A DNA stretch of 64,000 bases from Methanobacteriota archaeon (lineage in GTDB: Archaea; Thermoplasmatota; Thermoplasmata; Thermoplasmatales; ARK-15): contig WSBC01000032.1 of NCBI GenBank assembly GCA_009758405.1, forward strand, positions 3,136-67,135, given 5' to 3'. Below are positions 56,050 through 64,000 of the stretch, piece after piece. Made by a program: the position numbers and the translations under genes. The notes under the pieces are model-generated. The model saw only the letters and a list, made by a program, of their open reading frames with translations, did not search any database and was not told the origin of the DNA. Numbering within the stretch: the first letter of the stretch is position 1; each line of letters begins with the position of its first letter.

Positions 56050-57070
56050 CCATCCTTATCCTAGGATCGAGTATTGCATAGAGAATGTCTGCTATTAGAT
56101 TTGCAACGATTACAAAGACTGTAAAAAGTATCACTATATATATTAAAACAGGATAGTTATCCGATGTAATGGCCTCGTAGGCGAACCTTCCTACTCCTGG
56201 CCATGAAAAGATTTCTTCCGTTACCACAGTACCAGTTATGAGCCATCCAAACATGACAGCTATCATTGTGTTTGACTCTATTAGTCCATTCCTCAATATA
56301 TGATATCTGTTTACGTACTTTTCATCTAAACCCTTTGCCTTGGCCAGCTTAACATGTGGGAGCCATTTTACACTAAGTATTCCATTTCTGCTTATCCTTG
56401 TAATTATGCCAAAGTTCAAGAAGGCAAGGGAAACAGAAGGCAAAACTAGATGATAAAGCCCATCCAGAAAGGCTGAAAAATCTAGGTTCAATAATGAATC
56501 AAGTACAAATATACCTGTAATTGTTCTTGGGGGTATTATTGTAGAGGAGTACATTCCTCCAGATGGAAATAATGGAATCCATGAGCTGAATGCAAGAATA
56601 AAAAATACCGAAATCAAATATATTGGTGAAGCCCAGGCAGCTGTATAAAAAATCCTTATTGCAGCATCAATCTTTGATCCAAATTTTATGGCAGCTATAT
56701 AACCTAAGCCTACACCAACGATGATTATAATCAAAAGTGCCGACAATACCAACTCAAGTGTATTTGGAAAATAGAAAAGTATCTCGGAGGCTATTGGCTT
56801 TCCCGTAACAGGATCAAGACCAAGGTTGCCGGTTAAAAGATTTAAGGTGAAGTATTCGAATTGAATATAAAGGGGATCCTTTAGATGATATCTTTCTATA
56901 ATATAGTTTATGGTGGATGGTTTTGCCTTTGGTCCTGCCCATAGTGCGGCAGGATTGCTTGTCAAAACATGGGAGATTAGAAAAACTATAATTACTGCTG
57001 CAAAAATTACAAGAATGGAGGTAAGTACCCTCCTGCCAATGTAAATGGCTAGTTCCCTAATTCCCTCCAT
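56039..57070 (-). CDS. Peptide ABC transporter permease (OppB/DppB-like)
   Basis: Starts ...YIGRRVLTSILVIF, with a BPD_transp_1-type core and C-terminal ADILYAILDPRIR. Confidence 0.85.
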   Translation of the reverse strand: MEGIRELAIYIGRRVLTSILVIFAAVIIVFLISHVLTSNPAALWAGPKAKPSTINYIIERYHLKDPLYIQFEYFTLNLLTGNLGLDPVTGKPIASEILFYFPNTLELVLSALLIIIIVGVGLGYIAAIKFGSKIDAAIRIFYTAAWASPIYLISVFFILAFSSWIPLFPSGGMYSSTIIPPRTITGIFVLDSLLNLDFSAFLDGLYHLVLPSVSLAFLNFGIITRISRNGILSVKWLPHVKLAKAKGLDEKYVNRYHILRNGLIESNTMIAVMFGWLITGTVVTEEIFSWPGVGRFAYEAITSDNYPVLIYIVILFTVFVIVANLIADILYAILDPRIRMGGE

Positions 57071-57078
57071 TTAATCAC

Positions 57079-58890
57079 CTAAGTGGTGTAGTATATGGTA
57101 TTGTAATACATGAAATAACCTGCACCCGATCCTGCGGGGTTTGGAATAATACCTGCAACATCATTCTCTGTTATGCTTAGGATATACGGAACATAAAGCC
57201 AAGTCATCACATATTGTTCATACATTGCGTGGGTAATAAGTGAAAAATTCTGTATTATTGCATTCTCATCAAATGTTGTGCTTGCATTTACTGTCCAGTT
57301 GAAAACCGTGCTATTTGTATATCCAGATGTTCCTACATAGCCCCCTGTTGCAAGAGCTGAAACATAATCTATGGATGCGGTATAATCTTCAGTATAGAAA
57401 TTAAGACCCATTGGGTAAGAGGTGTTTGAAACATCATATGACCATACCACGGCTTCAAAGGCACTAAATGTTAAAGGCCTCAAATTAATATTAATACCGA
57501 TCTTTGCAAGATTTTGTTGTATTATTTGTGCGGCTGCCGTTTCTGATGGTGAATCACCATCATATAGAAAGTTAACTTGAGGGAAATCCTTTCCATTTTT
57601 ATTTATCAATGTACCGTTAGGAAGATAGGCCTTATAACCAGCATCCGCAAGAAATTCTGCTGCAAGAGTAAGATTTTGTTGGTATGGTACTAGACCAGCA
57701 GTGCTTTCATTATAATATGGGAAGCCTGGTGGTATTGGACCTATCCATTGAGAAGCAAAACCCTTAAAAACACCATTTATTATACCCTGGTAATCAATTG
57801 CATAGGTGATTGCCTTCCTTACACTAAGATTCTCAAAGGGAGGAAAGGCATAGGGATCCATGTATATATAATAGGCCCCTTGTGATGATCCAAAGACTAT
57901 GGGCAACACCTTCACATTTATATTTGAAATGTTCTTTAATGTGGAATAATATTGAACTGGTGCCTCTATTATTTGCGCATTACCCGATTTTATATCTGTG
58001 AGTCTTGCATCAAGTGATTTATAATTAAGAATAATGTATTTTATATGAGGTGGCTCTATTGCATAATTTAATTCATTCTGAGGAAGATTCTTGGCCCAGT
58101 AATTTTCAGAGGCCATCAAAGTTATGCTTTGTCCAGGTATATTTGAGTATAGGGTATAAAAACCGGTACCAATTGCATTACTTTCCATCCAAGAATTTGG
58201 TGAACCCGCCACAACACCCCCATGATTTTGAATAACAATAGGATCTACAGCTGCAGCCATTGGGGTAATCAATGTGGCAAGAAATGCATTGTATGGTTTA
58301 TGCCCATTGTAACCATACCCCAAGTGAATTATAAGTTCATTTGGATTTACCACCTGAACTGATTGATTTGGATATTCCATATAATAAAGATCCCTCTGAC
58401 TCGGATGTGTATAATTTATGCTATTCAGTATTTCCGCAGTTATGTTAAAATCAATCCCATTACCAGCAGCAAGATTTTGTGTAAGTATCCATGCAGGGGC
58501 CTGATCCATTATAATTGTTCTGTATATTGAAAACCAAATTGTATAGGCATTGCAGGGATCTCCATTACTGAAGGTGATATTATTCCTAAGATAGAATGTG
58601 TAATTCATTCCATCTGGACTTATAGTCCAGTTCTTTGCAAGTACACCAATATAAGTAGTATAACTCGTACCATTTGGTGCAACAAGTCCCTGATAGATCT
58701 GATTCATTATTTCCCATCCAGGTGTACTGTATGTAACTGCTGGGTCCAGACTATCTGGGTATTCACCCTCTTCAACAACAAGTGTGTCCTTTACCTTTTT
58801 TGGAGAATATTGCATTACCCCTATTACGGATACAACAACCAATACAACAACTACTATTGCTATAATAGCAATCAGCAATCCCCTTTTCAT
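57079..58890 (-). CDS. Peptide ABC transporter substrate-binding protein (family 5), N-terminally membrane-anchored
   Basis: 603 aa. An N-terminal TM helix (LLIAIIAIVVVVLVVVSVIGV) is followed by an SBP_bac_5-like domain rich in N-x-S/T sequons. Confidence 0.8.
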   Translation of the reverse strand: MKRGLLIAIIAIVVVVLVVVSVIGVMQYSPKKVKDTLVVEEGEYPDSLDPAVTYSTPGWEIMNQIYQGLVAPNGTSYTTYIGVLAKNWTISPDGMNYTFYLRNNITFSNGDPCNAYTIWFSIYRTIIMDQAPAWILTQNLAAGNGIDFNITAEILNSINYTHPSQRDLYYMEYPNQSVQVVNPNELIIHLGYGYNGHKPYNAFLATLITPMAAAVDPIVIQNHGGVVAGSPNSWMESNAIGTGFYTLYSNIPGQSITLMASENYWAKNLPQNELNYAIEPPHIKYIILNYKSLDARLTDIKSGNAQIIEAPVQYYSTLKNISNINVKVLPIVFGSSQGAYYIYMDPYAFPPFENLSVRKAITYAIDYQGIINGVFKGFASQWIGPIPPGFPYYNESTAGLVPYQQNLTLAAEFLADAGYKAYLPNGTLINKNGKDFPQVNFLYDGDSPSETAAAQIIQQNLAKIGININLRPLTFSAFEAVVWSYDVSNTSYPMGLNFYTEDYTASIDYVSALATGGYVGTSGYTNSTVFNWTVNASTTFDENAIIQNFSLITHAMYEQYVMTWLYVPYILSITENDVAGIIPNPAGSGAGYFMYYNTIYYTT

Positions 58891-58994
58891 AATTTCATCG
58901 CCTTCTATATATCCTAATACAAAATCTTAATAATAAACTTTTTGGTAATAAAATTTCCATAAAAATAATAAAAATAAAAGATTTTTTCCATTAT

Positions 58995-60854
58995 TCAGTG
59001 ACCTGCACCAATCTCATTACCTATTTCATCAAGTTCAAGCTCATGCAATTTTGCCTTTGTTGGAATTCCATCCATGCTCCATCCCCTTGCCTGGTAGTAT
59101 TCATCTAGCATGGATTCTAGTTCCTCTTTTTTCACAAATGAACCCTTTGATACACCCTTGGGTATTGGATCCCTCATTACCCTCTCGGGAAGATAATCAT
59201 CCTTTCTTGTAAATCCTTCCCTTACATTGAATGACTTTGCAATATTATATGTTCTTTCACCAACCATCATAAGCTCGGAAAGGGAGATGTTGTATCCTGT
59301 GAAGGACCTTATTGCATCTAGAAGATCTTCTGCATAAAATATATTGCTTGTAAATTGACATATACCAAGATCATCATAAATCATCATTAGATCTTCGTGC
59401 ATCTTCACCTCAAAACCCTTCCCCTTTGCGCTAAACCTGTCTACATTCTCAAATTTCCACCAATTTCCAACAAGCTCTGTGGTGTAAATGCTTGCAGTGT
59501 TATGGCATGCACCTCTGAATGCAACTGCCTCTGCAAGTGCCATTCCCTTTATTCCCCTTATATCGTAAGCAGGAGGCTCGAGACCCTTTACCTCAAGTGC
59601 AAATTCTTTCCCCTTACCAAGCCTTGTATATGCTGCCCTCACACCATCAGCAAGAAGCTTCCCTAACTCACCCTCCCTGTATGCCATCTCCTTAAGAGCC
59701 CTTGCCACACCATCAGGGTCTCCAAACCTTAGATAACCCTTAAGCAATCCCTTCTCTATAGCCTCCATCGCCCAGGATATTGTTACACCTGCAGATATTG
59801 CATCAAGACCATAAAGATCACTCAAAAGGCTCAGGTATGCTACAGCCTCTGGGTCATCTATCTCCAGGTTTCCTCCAAGTGAATACATAATCTCATATTC
59901 AAGCCCATCCAACCTTGTTCCAGCATATTTACCCTCCTTTACTTCAAATATATGACCACAGGGCTTTGTGCATCCTGGACAGGGATGGTATCCAGTAACA
60001 TATTTGGGTGCCCAATAATAAGGATCTATCTTTGATAATTCGCCCTCCTTGAGATTATCATAGGCCTTCTGAAAATAACCCTGCTGCCAGTTCCTCGATG
60101 GAAACGTTCCCATTTGTGTATTCATCCAAGCATAAAATTCACCTGTTCCATACTTCATATCAAGCTGAGTGTTGGGATGATCCTTGATTATGTTTACCCA
60201 TTTCTTTATTACCTCCTTAAAACCACTTTCATCGTATGGTTTAATCTTTTTTGTACCTTTTACGGCTATTGCCTTTAATTTTTTTGATCCCATTACAGCC
60301 CCAAGGCCTGTCCTTGCTGCCTGCCTCTCTTCACTATCTATGATTGCAATTTTCGATAAGTTTTCACCTGCGGGACCTATTGCTGCAGTTGCAAAGCCAG
60401 GATATTTTTCTTTTAATTTTAACTGTGTTTCCCTTGTATCTTTTCCCCATAATTCCGTCCTTTCAATCTTTACATCATCATCTTCAATAACCACATGCAC
60501 AGGATCCTTTGATCTTCCCTTAATTATTACCATATTATAACCGGATTTTCTTATTTCAGGGCCTATAGCAGCACCTGCAACAGCCTTGCCAACTCCACGA
60601 GTTAATGGTGACTTGGAAACAAAAATAGTCTTTGATGCTGTTGGCAATCCACTTGAGACAAAAAGGCCTGGTGAAATTATCAATGGATTGTCTTCATCAA
60701 AGGGATCCACTCCTTTCTTTGTCTCTCTATATAGATAATAGGAGGCAAGTCCTAGGCCACCAAAAAGCCTTCTCATTAAATATTCATCAATCTCATTTTT
60801 TTCTGATTTTCCATTTTTTAGATCTATAAGCAGATATGAACCCTTAAATCCCAT
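58995..60854 (-). CDS. aor: Aldehyde:ferredoxin oxidoreductase (tungstopterin AOR family)
   Basis: AFOR N-domain (LLIDLKNGK...GGLGLASYYL), a [4Fe-4S] Cys motif in HPCPGCTKPCGH, and later CQF. 619 aa. Confidence 0.9.
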   Translation of the reverse strand: MGFKGSYLLIDLKNGKSEKNEIDEYLMRRLFGGLGLASYYLYRETKKGVDPFDEDNPLIISPGLFVSSGLPTASKTIFVSKSPLTRGVGKAVAGAAIGPEIRKSGYNMVIIKGRSKDPVHVVIEDDDVKIERTELWGKDTRETQLKLKEKYPGFATAAIGPAGENLSKIAIIDSEERQAARTGLGAVMGSKKLKAIAVKGTKKIKPYDESGFKEVIKKWVNIIKDHPNTQLDMKYGTGEFYAWMNTQMGTFPSRNWQQGYFQKAYDNLKEGELSKIDPYYWAPKYVTGYHPCPGCTKPCGHIFEVKEGKYAGTRLDGLEYEIMYSLGGNLEIDDPEAVAYLSLLSDLYGLDAISAGVTISWAMEAIEKGLLKGYLRFGDPDGVARALKEMAYREGELGKLLADGVRAAYTRLGKGKEFALEVKGLEPPAYDIRGIKGMALAEAVAFRGACHNTASIYTTELVGNWWKFENVDRFSAKGKGFEVKMHEDLMMIYDDLGICQFTSNIFYAEDLLDAIRSFTGYNISLSELMMVGERTYNIAKSFNVREGFTRKDDYLPERVMRDPIPKGVSKGSFVKKEELESMLDEYYQARGWSMDGIPTKAKLHELELDEIGNEIGAGH

Positions 60855-60874
60855 GAATAATGCTATGCAAAAAC

Positions 60875-60886
60875 ATATATATATAT
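60875..60886. promoter_or_regulatory. (AT)6 palindromic TATA-like element in the 59-bp divergent aor/agmatinase intergenic region
   Basis: ATATATATATAT is centred about 27 nt from the aor ATG (60854) and about 33 nt from the agmatinase ATG (60914). Confidence 0.35.
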
Positions 60887-60913
60887 CTTGCTTTTAAATC
60901 TCTTTGTGATAGT

Positions 60914-61831
60914 ATGAAAGAAACAAACTTCAAGATACCAATTGATTTTCAGACCTATTCCTCCAGTAATACTATATTTGGTGTAGAATATTCTAAGGAA
61001 ATAACCGATGCAGATGTAGTATTTATTGGTATCCCTTTTGACCTTTCAACGTCATACAGGAGTGGAGCAAGATTTGCACCATCAAAAATAAGGGAAGTTT
61101 CTAGAATAATATCAGGGGTAGATTTTTTTATAAGAAGGGAAATATTTAAAGAGATTACATTAAAAGATTTTGGGGACATTGAAGTTTATTATGATATTGA
61201 AAAAAGTATCAAAAAAATAGAAAATGATATTTATGGTATATTGGGGAAAAATAGAATAATTATAGCTGGCGGTGATCATCTTATTACCTATTCAGTTTTG
61301 AAGGCATTAAATAAAAAATTTGGAAAGATCAATTTATTGGATTTGGATGCTCATATTGATTCTTGGAATACTGTAAACCATAATTCACTCAACCACGGTA
61401 CCTGGTTGAGGAGGACAATTGAAGAGGGGATTTTGAAAAATGTTTATCAGGTGGGTATAAGGGGTTCCATTTATTCATCAAAGGATTTGGAGTTCTTAAA
61501 AAATAATAATATAAATATCATTGATATCAGAAAATTTAAAAATAATGGTATTGAGAATATTGCGAGGGAAATTAATAAAAATTTATGCGATGAGAGATTC
61601 TACTTAACGATAGATATAGATGTTGTAGACCCTGCCTATGCACCAGCTACAGGGATTCCAGAACCAGGGGGATTAAGCTCCTTTGAAATTATGGAATTTC
61701 TAAGGCATTTAGATTTCAACAATTTTATAGGCGGTGATATAGTGGAGGTTTCACCACCCTATGATGTTTCAGACATAACATCAATACTTGCTGCCAATCT
61801 TTTCTTTATTATGTTGTCTAAGTTACCGTAA
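60914..61831 (+). CDS. Agmatinase/ureohydrolase (arginase family)
   Basis: Mn-binding motifs GGDHLITY, DLDAHIDS, TIDIDVVDPAYAP. ATG 60914 is preferred over the listed 60860. Confidence 0.85.
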   Translation: MKETNFKIPIDFQTYSSSNTIFGVEYSKEITDADVVFIGIPFDLSTSYRSGARFAPSKIREVSRIISGVDFFIRREIFKEITLKDFGDIEVYYDIEKSIKKIENDIYGILGKNRIIIAGGDHLITYSVLKALNKKFGKINLLDLDAHIDSWNTVNHNSLNHGTWLRRTIEEGILKNVYQVGIRGSIYSSKDLEFLKNNNINIIDIRKFKNNGIENIAREINKNLCDERFYLTIDIDVVDPAYAPATGIPEPGGLSSFEIMEFLRHLDFNNFIGGDIVEVSPPYDVSDITSILAANLFFIMLSKLP

Positions 61832-61864
61832 AATAAATATACATTGATTCTCTTTAAACTTTTT

Positions 61865-63226
61865 ATGGTATCCAAAAAGGTATTGGAAGAACTTGAAAAG
61901 AAAACAAAAAAATCCAAAGAAATATTTGAAAATGCAAAAGAATTAACACCCTACGGGGTGCATAGTAATTACAGGGCCTTGGACCCATATCCCATATATT
62001 TTAGAAGTGGAAAAGGCTCCAGACTCTATGATGCAGATGGGAACGAATACCTTGATTTTAATATGGCATTCGGGGCATTGACAATAGGTCATTCTCATCC
62101 AGTTCTTGTTAAAAAGTTAAAGGAAAGGCTTGAAAATGGTACAATTTTGGGTTTTGAGTACGAGAATTCCTATAGGCTAGCAAAACTTATTACCAAAATT
62201 TATAATGTTGATATGGTCAGGTTTTCAATGAATGGTGCGGATGCCACTCAAACTGCAGTAAGGATGGCAAGGGCATACACAGGAAGGCCAAAGATTTTAA
62301 AGTTTGAAGGTTGTTACCACGGATCCCATGATGCACTTGCAGTAAGTATCAAGCCTGCTAAGGGTAAGGGTGGTTATTACAGGAGCCCTATGCCAGTCCT
62401 GGCAGGACCTGGTATAAGTCCTTCCATTGTAAATGACGTTGTTATAGCACCATTCAATGATCTGGAGGCTGTTGAAAAAATTTTATCAAAAAACCCAAAT
62501 GATATTGCCGCAATAATTCTAGAGCCAGTGCCTATGAACATGGGACTGGTAGAACCGGAAAAGGGATTCCTTGAGGGTCTAAGGAAGATGGCAGATGAAT
62601 ATGGTAGTGTTCTTATTTTTGATGAAGTAAAAACAGGGTCTAAGTATTATGGCGGTGCATCAGCATATTATGGTGTAAGACCCGATTTAATGACCCTTGG
62701 AAAGGCAATAGCAGGTGGTTTACCCATATCTGTAGTTGCCGGAAAGAAAGAAATATTCTCTGTCCTTGGTCCTGGAAAAACATCCCATGCAGGTACCTTT
62801 AATTCAAACCCTGTTTCTGTAGATGCTGCAATAATTGTACTTGAAGAAATATTCTACGAGAGTGAGATTAAAAAGGCAATAAAAATGAGCAAGGATCTTG
62901 CAAAAGGTTATTCAGATATAATCTCAGATTTCAAGATACCAATGAATGTTAAAAGCTGGGCTCTTAGCGGATCTCTATACTTTGGTGTAAAGGAAGTAAA
63001 GAACTGGCGTGATTTCCTAAATACTAATGTAAGTCTATGGTATGAATTTCTATTTGCAATGATGCTCAAGGGTGTTATTCCGGCTGCTCCTGGACCGGAT
63101 GAGCAGTGGACTGTTTCCATAGTTCATACAAAAGAGGAAATAGAACAGCATATTGAGGCATTCAAAGAGATATCCAAATCTCTAAAAAATATAAAATCAG
63201 AGATTGCCGTTGAAGAAGCAATCTAA
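61865..63226 (+). CDS. Class-III aminotransferase, glutamate-1-semialdehyde aminomutase-like paralog B
   Basis: MNGADATQTAVRMARAYTGRPKILKFEGCYHG, LIFDEVKTG, LGKAIAGGLP (Lys), GTFNSNP. ATG 61865 is preferred over the listed TTG 61844. Confidence 0.85.
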   Translation: MVSKKVLEELEKKTKKSKEIFENAKELTPYGVHSNYRALDPYPIYFRSGKGSRLYDADGNEYLDFNMAFGALTIGHSHPVLVKKLKERLENGTILGFEYENSYRLAKLITKIYNVDMVRFSMNGADATQTAVRMARAYTGRPKILKFEGCYHGSHDALAVSIKPAKGKGGYYRSPMPVLAGPGISPSIVNDVVIAPFNDLEAVEKILSKNPNDIAAIILEPVPMNMGLVEPEKGFLEGLRKMADEYGSVLIFDEVKTGSKYYGGASAYYGVRPDLMTLGKAIAGGLPISVVAGKKEIFSVLGPGKTSHAGTFNSNPVSVDAAIIVLEEIFYESEIKKAIKMSKDLAKGYSDIISDFKIPMNVKSWALSGSLYFGVKEVKNWRDFLNTNVSLWYEFLFAMMLKGVIPAAPGPDEQWTVSIVHTKEEIEQHIEAFKEISKSLKNIKSEIAVEEAI

Positions 63227-63333
63227 ATTTTTTTATATTTATATATTATTATAATTAAAAATTTAAAAATTCGATAAAAAATTTTATAAATAAAATCCAT
63301 AAAATTATAAAAAAATTGTAAGATTTCTAGAAT

Positions 63334-64000
63334 CTATCCAGTGGTCAGAACGTAACCCTTCACCTTTTTTCCGTCTAAATTTATTAGAGCACCATGGAGT
63401 ATTCCTTCCTGATATTCGCTTCCTGGATTTACGCATATTGTGGACTTAATCTTCTCTACTCCCCTGCTCTCATGTATATGCCCATGGAGGCCAAGAAGAG
63501 GTTGATACTCCTCAATAGCCTTTCTTACACTTTTGCTACCTACATTAATAAAGTCGGGTTGACCGCCCACCTTTGCATATGTAAAATTTTCAAGTACTCT
63601 AGGGGCCAGATCTATGTTTGTACCGTAGGGAGGTGGATGGAATGCAAAAATTAAATCCTTATTATCTCTTCCAGCAGCATCAAGGCCCTTTGATCTCAAC
63701 GTATTTTTTATTATTTCCTCAATTTTTTCCTCTGGAGCATCCCTAGGTAGATTCCAAGGAGTTGTGTTTGCATAGCTTAGACCAATTACATTGAATCCAT
63801 TTATTTCAACTACCTTCTCAGCTATGCTTATTACATTATCGGTATCGTGGAATCTTGCATCTATTTCAAGGGGATCATCGTTTCCTGGTTCCCATAGAAG
63901 TTTTACTCCCGTGCCCTTTAGCCTTTCTTCAGCGAGTTCTAGCCACTGTCCAAGCCTCTCAAGCATTAACTCCTTGAATTTTTCATCTCTCATCTTTTCA
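63334..64000 (-). CDS. Calcineurin-like metallophosphoesterase, 5'-partial (runs off right edge)
   Basis: GNDD (GNH[DE]-like) and GLHGHIHESRG motifs are present. The N-terminal DxH/GDxxD motifs are absent and the frame stays open to nt 64000. Confidence 0.7.
   Translation of the reverse strand, partial: EKMRDEKFKELMLERLGQWLELAEERLKGTGVKLLWEPGNDDPLEIDARFHDTDNVISIAEKVVEINGFNVIGLSYANTTPWNLPRDAPEEKIEEIIKNTLRSKGLDAAGRDNKDLIFAFHPPPYGTNIDLAPRVLENFTYAKVGGQPDFINVGSKSVRKAIEEYQPLLGLHGHIHESRGVEKIKSTICVNPGSEYQEGILHGALINLDGKKVKGYVLTTG

Noticed and set aside
1-64000. CRISPR arrays, rRNA genes, integrases or prophage blocks.
   Set aside because: I saw no regularly spaced direct repeats, no long GC-rich non-coding islands other than the single tRNA, and no integrase, capsid or terminase-like ORFs.

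Overview
This window reads as an AT-rich, very gene-dense archaeal chromosome segment. Genes often abut or overlap by 4-40 nt, and there are about a dozen convergent 3' overlaps. The protein signatures point to a Thermoplasmata-like euryarchaeon: SRP54, fibrillarin, archaeal NMN adenylyltransferase, archaeal PPAT, NreA, tungsten-type AOR, and a bacterial-type grpE-dnaK-dnaJ locus whose DnaK looks Thermoplasma-like. This placement comes from recalled sequence similarity, not a search. Nt 1-47000 carry mostly housekeeping, transport and chaperone genes: glyA, srp54, uppS, fibrillarin, the hsp70 operon, HtrA, AlaX, Trm5, a K+ channel, MFS and ABC transporters. This part also holds one tRNA-Gly(GCC) and, next to it, the only mobile DNA I can see: a solo, frameshifted tnpB-type (IS200/IS605-family) element. 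Nt 47000-63300 look like a peptide/amine catabolic island. It contains MmsA-type aldehyde dehydrogenase, three class-III aminotransferase paralogs, a saccharopine-dehydrogenase-like gene, a split Opp/Dpp peptide ABC transporter with an Lrp regulator, aldehyde:ferredoxin oxidoreductase and agmatinase. I found no CRISPR array, rRNA, integrase or recognisable defence system. The most unusual items are listed here. (1) The tnpB remnant, with a candidate omega-RNA region and 9-bp flanking direct repeats. (2) An aconitase-X (DUF521/DUF126) pair whose small subunit is fused to a Nudix domain. (3) A HerA-like DUF87 ATPase translationally coupled to DUF357 rather than NurA. (4) A tandem KaiC-like pair in which the first copy has lost the Walker-A Lys/Thr. 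(5) An uncharacterised four-gene operon (COG2403 P-loop, membrane protein, DUF504/MJ1316-like, DUF2070-like). (6) An orphan FlaI/VirB11-type ATPase. (7) An unlisted 57-aa ORF with a good Shine-Dalgarno site. All family assignments rest on motif recognition by eye and need HMM or BLAST confirmation.
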